From a virus, in IMG/VR virus record IMGVR_UViG_3300023174_007844, positions 16,399-80,398 of that record: a stretch of 64,000 nt of DNA. The stretch is one strand, 5' to 3'. Positions 56,826 through 64,000 of this stretch are shown here, in pieces. The notes under the pieces were generated by a model that saw only the letters and a program-made list of their open reading frames with translations, made no database searches and was not told the DNA's origin. Numbering within the stretch: position 1 is the stretch's first letter; the number at the start of each line of letters is the position of its first letter. Both the position numbers and the translations under genes were made by a program.

Positions 56826-57547
56826 TAGAAATCTTCTGGATATGTTAGTTTAGAATCACTTTTCATTTCTAAACACTCTGGACGACCTATCATTTTATAT
56901 AATGGATTCCAATCATGTATAGTGTTCGAATCATGGTATGTGTTTATATAAAAACCATACACAAGATTTGAATAAGATTTCACCCATAAATCAAGCAAAT
57001 CATGGCCATCTTTGTAGCCTTGAACCCTAAATGTTTTTCTTAATCCTAAAAATTGTTTTGGTATGTAAAAAAATGTATCTACAACTCTTGGCAATCCAGA
57101 ATCGAGTTTTCTATTCTCATACCAACAAACACATGGAAATTTTACAACCTCATCATTTACATTAAATAAATTGATAAATTCATCCCTCAAAAATAAATCA
57201 TTTCTTGATATTACTAAAAAATCATAATCATTTTGCTTAAACAAATATTCTATATTATCTAATGCTTTTTGAACACCATAATATTGAGACAAATCATGCT
57301 GAGACTTAAAATTATAACTTTGTATATCTCCATAAACATCCATTAATAATTTGTCATAATTTGTTGACACAGTATCTAATGCAACATGAATAACATTGCC
57401 CTCTAATTGTAATTTAGAAAAGAGTTTTTTATGTGTGTTGGCAGCCTCGATTTGATCATTAATAAAATTTCTAGAGCCAATAATTCTACTAAATTGCCCT
57501 CCTTCTCGAAATGACTCACCTCTAATTAAAAACAATCCTTTTTTCAT
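56825..57547 (-). CDS. Putative glycosyltransferase-like protein
   Basis: LIRGESFR, YDFLVISRNDL, VVDTFF. Confidence 0.5.
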   Translation of the reverse strand: MKKGLFLIRGESFREGGQFSRIIGSRNFINDQIEAANTHKKLFSKLQLEGNVIHVALDTVSTNYDKLLMDVYGDIQSYNFKSQHDLSQYYGVQKALDNIEYLFKQNDYDFLVISRNDLFLRDEFINLFNVNDEVVKFPCVCWYENRKLDSGLPRVVDTFFYIPKQFLGLRKTFRVQGYKDGHDLLDLWVKSYSNLVYGFYINTYHDSNTIHDWNPLYKMIGRPECLEMKSDSKLTYPEDF

Positions 57548-57554
57548 AAAACTA

Positions 57555-57779
57555 TTATAAAAGAATATCTCTCTTCCAACTTTCTAATATTGAAGAAATA
57601 TTAGTACCGAAACATCCTTTCCATTTTGGCGCAGGAATGTCAAACTCGTCCAAATCCACTTCATATATTTTTAAGTAATAGTCTGCGCTTAAAATATAAT
57701 AAAATTCCATATCTCCAAAAAATATTTCTTTTCCCTGATTATCTAAAATATAATCCCGAAATTCTATCAAATTTTTCAT
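57555..57779 (-). CDS. Hypothetical protein
   Basis: Likely start MKNLIEF. Confidence 0.5.
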   Translation of the reverse strand: MKNLIEFRDYILDNQGKEIFFGDMEFYYILSADYYLKIYEVDLDEFDIPAPKWKGCFGTNISSILESWKRDILL

Positions 57780-57867
57780 TGCTTGGAAATAATACATATA
57801 AATAATATAAAGGGAAAAAATAATTTGATTTGTAAAAAGATTATAACAACCTACACAGGAACAAAAA

Positions 57868-58689
57868 ATGAATAAGAGACAAATAGTAGCATCCCTAAAT
57901 AAAATAGCAAATGAACTTGACGATTCAGGTATGTACATAGAATCTAAATCTGTCACAAATGTCATGAAAAAATTAGCACAATCTAATTTTATCAAAAATA
58001 GATTTATTGAATTACACCCACAAATTCAACAAGAAATTGATAGACTAAAATCTGCAAAACCAGGCTCAGGGCTAATTGAAATATCAGATATTTACACTAA
58101 TAATAGATATTGGAATATGCCATCATTTATTGATGAAAAAAATATTTCACAAAGAATCAAGCAACTACAAAGCCCAGAATATCAAAAAACACTTGCAGAA
58201 AAAAGACTTAAGTTCATTTCTAATAAATTAGAAACAGAAAGATTATCAGATACCGATAGACAAACATTATTAAACGATCTTAAATATCTTAAACAATTCG
58301 TGTCAGCTCAAAATCTTTCTGATAACCCAGAACTCAATTCCCAAAAACAAACACCACAAACCGCATACGAAAGAATGCAACAAACAGAAGCTGAAGAACT
58401 AGATAAACTGAATCCTAAACCTATTGATTATAACCAAAAAGTATATGAGATTGTCTTTAAAGAAATGAGGAAAGCATACCCAAGTAAATCAGATACAGAT
58501 ATAGGACTCTCATTGTCTAATAAAACAAATCTTCAAGGATATAAAGAAATCAATAAAAATCCTGAACTTAGAGATAATATCCTAAATGCTATAAGAATTT
58601 TTTCTAGCAAATTTATGGATGCAGAACAAGCATACAGAAAACTAAGCGGAATATTTATGAGCAAAATAAGTTTTTCGGGAGTGAGATAA
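57868..58689 (+). CDS. Tagged hypothetical protein
   Basis: MNKRQIVASLNKIANELDDSGMYIESKSVTNVMKKLAQ. Confidence 0.72.
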   Translation: MNKRQIVASLNKIANELDDSGMYIESKSVTNVMKKLAQSNFIKNRFIELHPQIQQEIDRLKSAKPGSGLIEISDIYTNNRYWNMPSFIDEKNISQRIKQLQSPEYQKTLAEKRLKFISNKLETERLSDTDRQTLLNDLKYLKQFVSAQNLSDNPELNSQKQTPQTAYERMQQTEAEELDKLNPKPIDYNQKVYEIVFKEMRKAYPSKSDTDIGLSLSNKTNLQGYKEINKNPELRDNILNAIRIFSSKFMDAEQAYRKLSGIFMSKISFSGVR

Positions 58690-58717
58690 AAAAGAGGAGC
58701 AAAGCTCCTCTTTTTTA
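58687..58717. terminator. Bidirectional terminator, copy 1 of 3
   Basis: AAAAAAGAGGAGC-AAA-GCTCCTCTTTTTT. Confidence 0.88.
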
Positions 58718-59308
58718 TTTAATCACATCTTTTAAAGTTTTACTTATTAAATCCCAATTTTTGCCTCTAATAATATCATCTTTACTCTTATTAAATATTT
58801 CTATAACCTTACTATCAAAACGCACAGAAACATAAGAATTACCACTAAATAACCCTTCTAACAACCTGAAAACTTTTTCATCATCGCAATAAAACCCAAT
58901 ATAACCCACCACTTCTTTCTTTCCACTACATATATCGCTAAACTCTCTATAACTAAAAGGAATCTCCCAATTAGGATCCATTAAAAAATATTTATTATCA
59001 TTCTCGCAATTATTTAACCATAAACCAATAGTGCGAATCTTTTTCCTATCACCCAAAAGATTTTTCCAAGCCTTATCAATGAAATTCTTTGTGCGATTAT
59101 GGCCCTCGCAACTTGGCAACGTGTCATAACCATTATTGTTCAAATACTTTACAATACTCTTAATTTTTGGATCTAAAGTGTCATCAAGCTCTGCACTATT
59201 AAAGCTATCACTCTTGCGCTTCTTAAAATAATACCAAAGATTATGATCCTCACTGTAAAACCAATCATAATACTTCAACTTGTCAACACCAATTGGACTA
59301 ATTCTCAT
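58715..59308 (-). CDS. Hypothetical protein with LN..G..T..SCEGH motif
   Basis: LDPKIKSIVKYLNNNGYDTLPSCEGH. Confidence 0.65.
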   Translation of the reverse strand: MRISPIGVDKLKYYDWFYSEDHNLWYYFKKRKSDSFNSAELDDTLDPKIKSIVKYLNNNGYDTLPSCEGHNRTKNFIDKAWKNLLGDRKKIRTIGLWLNNCENDNKYFLMDPNWEIPFSYREFSDICSGKKEVVGYIGFYCDDEKVFRLLEGLFSGNSYVSVRFDSKVIEIFNKSKDDIIRGKNWDLISKTLKDVIK

Positions 59309-59389
59309 AATGTATTTTTATTCATATCAAAACAAGATTCCTAAAAGGATACAATAATAAATACTTAAAATATTACTATGGAGACCATA

Positions 59390-59884
59390 ATGAATAAAAG
59401 AATAATTTTATCATCCCTAGCAAATATAGCTGACGATTTTGAAAACAGTCACGAAATTCTTTTAGCTAATAGAATCAATCTAATTATGACCAAATTAGCT
59501 GAAAAAGAACAAGACTGCCCAGATGCAACACAAGATATTGAACTCAACCTCAAAAATAGACAAAAAGCTATCAATGAACACGGATATGGACCAGCTGACC
59601 CATCACAACCAAATGACAAATTCTGGAAAAAGAAAATGGATATGTGGAAAGTGGATGACCTATCAGAAGTGAAAAACATGCTATGCGGTAACTGTGCTGC
59701 TTTCGATATTACAACAAAAACAATGGACTGCATAGAAAAAGGCATAGGAGAAGATGCCACAGAAACCATAAACGCAGGAAAACTTGGCTACTGTAAATTC
59801 TTAAAATTTAAATGTGCAGCCAAAAGAACTTGTGACGCTTGGGTGACAGGCGGACCAATAACTGACAAAAAAGATAAGAAATAA
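59390..59884 (+). CDS. Tagged Cys-rich (metal-binding) protein
   Basis: MNKRIILSSLANIADDFE...LANRINLIMTKLAE; CGNCAAF, GYC, FKCAAKRTCDAW. Confidence 0.72.
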   Translation: MNKRIILSSLANIADDFENSHEILLANRINLIMTKLAEKEQDCPDATQDIELNLKNRQKAINEHGYGPADPSQPNDKFWKKKMDMWKVDDLSEVKNMLCGNCAAFDITTKTMDCIEKGIGEDATETINAGKLGYCKFLKFKCAAKRTCDAWVTGGPITDKKDKK

Positions 59885-59885
59885 A

Positions 59886-59916
59886 TAAAAAAGAGGAGCA
59901 AAGCTCCTCTTTTTTA
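59886..59916. terminator. Bidirectional terminator, copy 2 of 3
   Basis: Identical to 58687-58717. Confidence 0.88.
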
Positions 59917-60915
59917 TTCTATTACTTCTGTATCACTATTATCTGGCTCATAACTATCAAGATATTTCTTTACATCAATATAAAGATTTGTCAAATATTT
60001 TGCAATTTGTCTTATATATTGAGGATTTAAGTTTCTAATTATCTGTGAAAATAATAAATCATCGATGGTATATTGAGTTGTTTCTTTAATATTATTATAA
60101 AGCTCAGATGTTTTATATGAACTGCTAACATCTTTGATATTTACTATGGTTTGTATTAGAACTTTGAACTGCTCCAAAAATATCTCTTTACCTTTTTCTC
60201 TATTTTCATAATAAGTGTGAAATGTATGAATTAAATGATCGAAGCTGAAAAAAGTATCAAACTCAGATCTTATTGCTCTTAATTCACTTGGGTTTGCGTA
60301 ATAAAATTCAGAAAGGCCAAAAATTGAATCTTTTCTTCTGTCTAATTCCTTAAGGACTTTTTTTCTTTTTTTCCGCATTTCTGCATCAACTGGTTTTTCA
60401 TAACTACTTGTATCGCTCCAATCAACCGTCAAGTCTCTTGCAAGATCATATCTGGCATCTTCTCTTGAGCTTGATAACGGTTTTTGATTTGGAAGCGATT
60501 TATAAGTGCCAAAATTATCTGTTGAATGTAATTTGCCAGAACCTATATATAATTCTTTCTTACGAAAAGGTAACAAATCTTCAATAGCATGTATAATCTC
60601 GTGCTTTAATGTCGATTTCAAATAATTCAAATTTAGATTTTGATAGTGATATATATTCACAACAACTTCATGAGTTTCAGGATCATAATATGCTCCAGCT
60701 GTATCTGCTGAGCCTTCTGCATAACTAAATTTAAGATCTTTCAATTTGTTATCAGGAATATTTCTAAAATTTTCTTGAAATAAATCAATATCTAATTTGT
60801 ACTTGCCATTTGTATCAATGACTTTTGAAGCGTTAATAGCATTGTCAACATCCTGCTCAAATGTAGGACTCACAATTGACCATAATGACCCTTGTTTCGC
60901 AAATTTATACCACAT
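59914..60915 (-). CDS. Zincin-like metallopeptidase with MWY leader
   Basis: AGAYY, TLKHEIIHAIE, YYANPSELRA; MWYKFAKQ. Confidence 0.75.
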   Translation of the reverse strand: MWYKFAKQGSLWSIVSPTFEQDVDNAINASKVIDTNGKYKLDIDLFQENFRNIPDNKLKDLKFSYAEGSADTAGAYYDPETHEVVVNIYHYQNLNLNYLKSTLKHEIIHAIEDLLPFRKKELYIGSGKLHSTDNFGTYKSLPNQKPLSSSREDARYDLARDLTVDWSDTSSYEKPVDAEMRKKRKKVLKELDRRKDSIFGLSEFYYANPSELRAIRSEFDTFFSFDHLIHTFHTYYENREKGKEIFLEQFKVLIQTIVNIKDVSSSYKTSELYNNIKETTQYTIDDLLFSQIIRNLNPQYIRQIAKYLTNLYIDVKKYLDSYEPDNSDTEVIE

Positions 60916-60968
60916 ACCTATATAATACTGGAAACAACATTGTCTCCCCTAAACTCTGACACTAACAA

Positions 60969-61001
60969 TAAAAAAAGAGGAGCTTTGCTCCTCTTTTTTT
61001 A
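60969..61001. terminator. Terminator, copy 3 of 3 (inverted)
   Basis: AAAAAAAGAGGAGC-TTT-GCTCCTCTTTTTTT. Confidence 0.88.
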
Positions 61002-61002
61002 T

Positions 61003-61236
61003 TTAATCTCTAGGATCCCAAAATGGATTGTTTCTCTTATACTTTTCCTCTGCAATACTAACACCCATAAGATTAGTGTAGCCCTCAATCATTCTACCTA
61101 TAAGAGATTTCCATTGCGCCGAAAATGATTCCAAACCCGCTCGACCACCCCTCTCACTATAAACTAAAAATGCTTTCTCTACACCAGCATCCGTTATTGA
61201 TTCTTCTAACTCTTCCTGTGAATATTTAGTAAACAT
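61003..61236 (-). CDS. Hypothetical protein
   Basis: AGGAG SD and TGATATAAT upstream. Confidence 0.65.
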   Translation of the reverse strand: MFTKYSQEELEESITDAGVEKAFLVYSERGGRAGLESFSAQWKSLIGRMIEGYTNLMGVSIAEEKYKRNNPFWDPRD

Positions 61237-61264
61237 AATTTTCTCCTGCCCATATTATATCACA

Positions 61265-61680
61265 CCTTGTCTCCCCTAAAATCTGATAAAACTCTGACAA
61301 AAATTATTATCAAAGAATAATAAAAACAAAGTCAGAAAATTTATCAGAAACAAGGCCCAAAAACTATATACTAATACTAGGGCAAAAAAGATACCTAATA
61401 ATTACCAAAAACAATAAAACTTAACCACCCCCCCCCTCTAATCCTGGGCCAAAATGTAGGGAAGAAAATTAATATATAATCCTGGGGCAAAAAAGATACC
61501 TAATCCTGGGGCAAAATGATAAAATTTAACCACCCCCCCCCATACTTCTAGAAAATTATGGGGCAAAGGTTATGGGGCAAAAACTAGGGTGCGATTTCTT
61601 CACATATGGCCTTTTTTTTGATAGGGGGGAGCGGGAACCCAAAGAATATTCTAACATACCCCCCCCATGCCCTTTAGAAA
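61265..61680. repeat. Non-coding repeat region with GGGCAAAA direct repeats and poly-C/G tracts; candidate origin or packaging site
   Basis: About 6-7 GGG(G)C(C)AAA copies; GGGCAAAAAAGATACCTAAT twice; TTAACCACCCCCCCCC twice. Confidence 0.65.
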
Positions 61681-61689
61681 AGATGGATC

Positions 61690-62049
61690 TTACAAACAAT
61701 AACGAATAGAAGAGTCTTCTAAACATACAAGACTCATAGCAGCAAGACTATTATACTTATCATCTCTAACAATAGGGTAGTCTAAATAACAGACATCTTC
61801 TCTATATAAGGTCTTCCATATAAACAAGGCTACTTCTCTCTCTACAATTATAATAGTATCAAGTTGTCTGCTAGGTAGTTCAACAACACGATTGAACCTT
61901 GTAGGATTGAATCGTATACCGTCTTTTATTATAGGGTTAGACTTGTTTGCAACCAATTTACATGACAAACCCTGGGGCATAATTGTCTCCCAAGAGTTGT
62001 CTATCATCAATGCTATAACGTGGTCTGTCTTATTTATTATCTTTAACAT
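61690..62049 (-). CDS. Hypothetical phage protein
   Basis: MLKIINKTDHVI; VVELP...IIVEREVA...VRDD. Confidence 0.6.
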   Translation of the reverse strand: MLKIINKTDHVIALMIDNSWETIMPQGLSCKLVANKSNPIIKDGIRFNPTRFNRVVELPSRQLDTIIIVEREVALFIWKTLYREDVCYLDYPIVRDDKYNSLAAMSLVCLEDSSIRYCL

Positions 62050-62108
62050 TCTTCCATACCATATAACTAAATACACATAACCACATAAGCATACATAAAC
62101 ACAATACG

Positions 62109-62387
62109 TTAGTTATAATGAGTAGTATATAACTCATATTCTCCCCCTGTCTGCTTGTTAGAAATTTCTATCATTTCATCCCAAGTGACTAAGTATCCTA
62201 TCATACCTGCCAATGATTTAGATTTTGTTTCCCAGCTCCTACCTATTTCTTCATTCAGGAATACAGCAAGTTTTCCAGTCAATGTTGACTTAGCATGTTT
62301 TCCAGTAAGGGGATTAACATATACCCACACGTCAGATATCATATTTTGAAAATCAACAGGGTATAATTCTGGCTCTACATCGTTCAT
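62109..62387 (-). CDS. Hypothetical protein
   Basis: Likely start MNDVEPE. Confidence 0.55.
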   Translation of the reverse strand: MNDVEPELYPVDFQNMISDVWVYVNPLTGKHAKSTLTGKLAVFLNEEIGRSWETKSKSLAGMIGYLVTWDEMIEISNKQTGGEYELYTTHYN

Positions 62388-62406
62388 AATATATTTATAA
62401 AATATC

Positions 62407-62434
62407 TTGACAGGTATATGACTAATGATATAAT
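62407..62434 (+). promoter_or_regulatory. Sigma70-type promoter, leaderless
   Basis: TTGACA-N16-TATAAT with TGn; ATG 6 nt downstream. Confidence 0.8.
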
Positions 62435-62440
62435 AATGGC

Positions 62441-62722
62441 ATGGAAACAACATACCTTGTTCAAAAAGTAGAAATCCGTTCACAACACTTAATGGGCGAA
62501 ACCAACTCCCAAACCCCCAACACATGGAAGGATACAAAATTCTCTTGGGAAAAATTGAATGAAATCGCACATTCAGCTCTTGATATGATTGTAAACGGTT
62601 ATGGCAAAGAATTTTTCAAGAAACTTGTAGTAACAGTGACTTACACTATTGCTGATGGTGATGACGTGCAATACGCTATTGACTGTGGATTTGACGAAGA
62701 AGGTGAAATCTACTGTTCATAA
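62441..62722 (+). CDS. Hypothetical early protein
   Basis: Directly behind a consensus promoter. Confidence 0.7.
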   Translation: METTYLVQKVEIRSQHLMGETNSQTPNTWKDTKFSWEKLNEIAHSALDMIVNGYGKEFFKKLVVTVTYTIADGDDVQYAIDCGFDEEGEIYCS

Positions 62723-62727
62723 TCTAA

Positions 62728-62835
62728 TAAAGATAATTCCCAAGAATTTTTCTTGGGAATTATCTTTAGGTATGGTAAAAACCATACCTAAAAAATTTTG
62801 TCAAATAAAAAAAGGGGGTTTTTCAACCCCCTTCC
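62728..62835. terminator. Three tandem inverted repeats between convergent genes
   Basis: 19-bp (62728-62768), 12-bp (62765-62792) and GGGGGTT/AACCCCC stems. Confidence 0.75.
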
Positions 62836-62838
62836 TAA

Positions 62839-63180
62839 TTATGCTTCTTCTTTGACTTCAAGCGCACGGATGATGTACTTGATTTGGTCTACTTCAGCCT
62901 TAATACGTGATTCATTTGCACGAGCGGTTTCCAAGAGAAATTCTGCTTCACGCTTTGCAATAATCAAATCTTGGGTCTTTTCAGAAACCTTAGCATTACG
63001 GGCTTCTGCATTGCTACCTAATTCTTTTGGGTCTACTTCACGGTAGATGAGATTTACAGCATCTTCAAGAGCGTAAACACTTTTCTTGTAAGTGATATTG
63101 GTTTCAGCTGTTTTGTCAATAGCCTTTGTATACTGTCCTACAGCATTCATAAACATCGTGATAACTTCTTGCTTGTTCAT
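62839..63180 (-). CDS. Coiled-coil hypothetical protein
   Basis: AAGGAG SD; GSNAEARNA motif. Confidence 0.7.
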   Translation of the reverse strand: MNKQEVITMFMNAVGQYTKAIDKTAETNITYKKSVYALEDAVNLIYREVDPKELGSNAEARNAKVSEKTQDLIIAKREAEFLLETARANESRIKAEVDQIKYIIRALEVKEEA

Positions 63181-63248
63181 TTCTAAACTCCTTGGTTCGA
63201 TGACTAATTATATCACTAACACTATACCTTGCAAGTTATTTTTTTAAT

Positions 63249-63276
63249 TTGACAGGTATATAGTTTATGATATACT
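63249..63276 (+). promoter_or_regulatory. Sigma70-type promoter, leaderless
   Basis: TTGACA-N16-TATACT with TGn; ATG 6 nt downstream; shares TTGACAGGTATAT with 62407. Confidence 0.8.
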
Positions 63277-63282
63277 ATTCTT

Positions 63283-63501
63283 ATGAAACTTGAACAGGTA
63301 TTGCCAATGCTCCGTGATGGTAAATGCATCACCAGAGAGAGAAAAACCAAAGACGATATCACCATGATTTACTTTGTAAGAATTATTGATGATAGATTAA
63401 AGTTTATGTTCTTAACGTCAAAAGGTGAACAAATCTCTTGGGCATATTACACTTTCAAGACAGAAGACGTTATGGTAGATAATTGGGAGATAGCAGGATG
63501 A
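63283..63501 (+). CDS. DUF2829/Tad2-like protein
   Basis: MKLEQVLPMLRDGKCITR...EDVMVDNWEI. Confidence 0.6.
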   Translation: MKLEQVLPMLRDGKCITRERKTKDDITMIYFVRIIDDRLKFMFLTSKGEQISWAYYTFKTEDVMVDNWEIAG

Positions 63502-63818
63502 CTTTAGATATAATTAATCGTTTGTTTTATGTTGTTGTTTGGGGTGGTGGATTCTTTGCGTTTTGGCAGATTACAAAGCATATGCCTAAAACACTATATA
63601 CATTATTGGAATGCATCTCAGTAATGTCAGTTACTGTTTTATGTATGGCTCCAATTTCTGCTTTATTAGAATACATCTTGGGTGGCAACATTGACACTAC
63701 AATGATGTTTGCAGTAGGTCTTTGTGGAGTAGGTTTGTTGAGCGGAATTTGGATGGTTATGGTACAATCATCAAGAGCATTACAGGGAAAGAAGGAATAC
63801 CAATATGTTATTCTCTAG
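63498..63818 (+). CDS. Three-TM membrane protein
   Basis: ATGA overlap; three hydrophobic helices. Confidence 0.65.
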   Translation: MTLDIINRLFYVVVWGGGFFAFWQITKHMPKTLYTLLECISVMSVTVLCMAPISALLEYILGGNIDTTMMFAVGLCGVGLLSGIWMVMVQSSRALQGKKEYQYVIL

Positions 63819-64000
63819 GAACGGTTTCAAGACTGTAGATACTACAGAAGAGTTTGTCAAGCAAGTGTTAGAGTTTGGTCAAAAAGACTTAGTCTTAAGC
63901 GTAACACATAGTAATGGTGTTATTGATATAGTTGTAAGTCCAACAATGGATGCTATAGAAGCAGACATATACCATTTCCTTGATGATGAAACAGAGTTGA
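63805..64000 (+). CDS. Hypothetical protein (runs off window end)
   Basis: AAGGA SD, MLFSRNGFKT... open to the edge. Confidence 0.5.
   Translation, partial: MLFSRNGFKTVDTTEEFVKQVLEFGQKDLVLSVTHSNGVIDIVVSPTMDAIEADIYHFLDDETEL

Noticed and set aside
61265-61680. Possible CRISPR array
   Set aside because: Repeats are short, degenerate and irregularly spaced with no unique equal-length spacers; no cas genes in the window.
1-64000. Stop-codon reassignment as in some large phages
   Set aside because: Genes are full length and tightly packed in code 11; TAA, TAG and TGA all end genes; no suppressor tRNA seen.

Overview
AT-rich, densely coding 64-kb segment that reads as part of a large (jumbo-type) tailed phage genome in the standard genetic code. 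The left ~10 kb is a minus-strand replication/recombination operon: a stand-alone primase Zn-finger, a DnaB helicase, a DnaC-like loader, an AAA ATPase, a split SbcC and SbcD. The rest is a mosaic of short transcription units: two RusA resolvases, nucleases, a Fic protein, a DNA methyltransferase, glycan-modifying enzymes, several DUF2829 (Tad2-like) proteins, an Armatimonadota-style prepilin (DUF1559) gene and five tRNAs. tRNA-Asn(GTT) is split by a 210-nt group I intron and followed by a free-standing HNH endonuclease. A G/C-tract repeat region at ~61.3-61.7 kb looks origin-like. The most striking unexplained pattern is that about 19 otherwise unrelated proteins share short terminal peptide tags: a ~30-aa 'IAxxLDxxGxYxxADxI...K(L/I)AQ' module, an 'MWY..A' leader, or an 'FNL' motif. 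Many of these genes sit behind a shared non-sigma70 promoter-like motif (AGG-N19-[G/A/T]AATAA-like, start codon 31-33 nt after AGG). Their cargo includes an ADP-ribosyltransferase-like protein, a zincin, a NUDIX, a PcfJ-like protein, a nuclease-like protein and membrane-helix proteins. I infer a capsid-addressing/propeptide system that loads effectors into the virion. All family calls come from motif recognition by eye; no database search was run.
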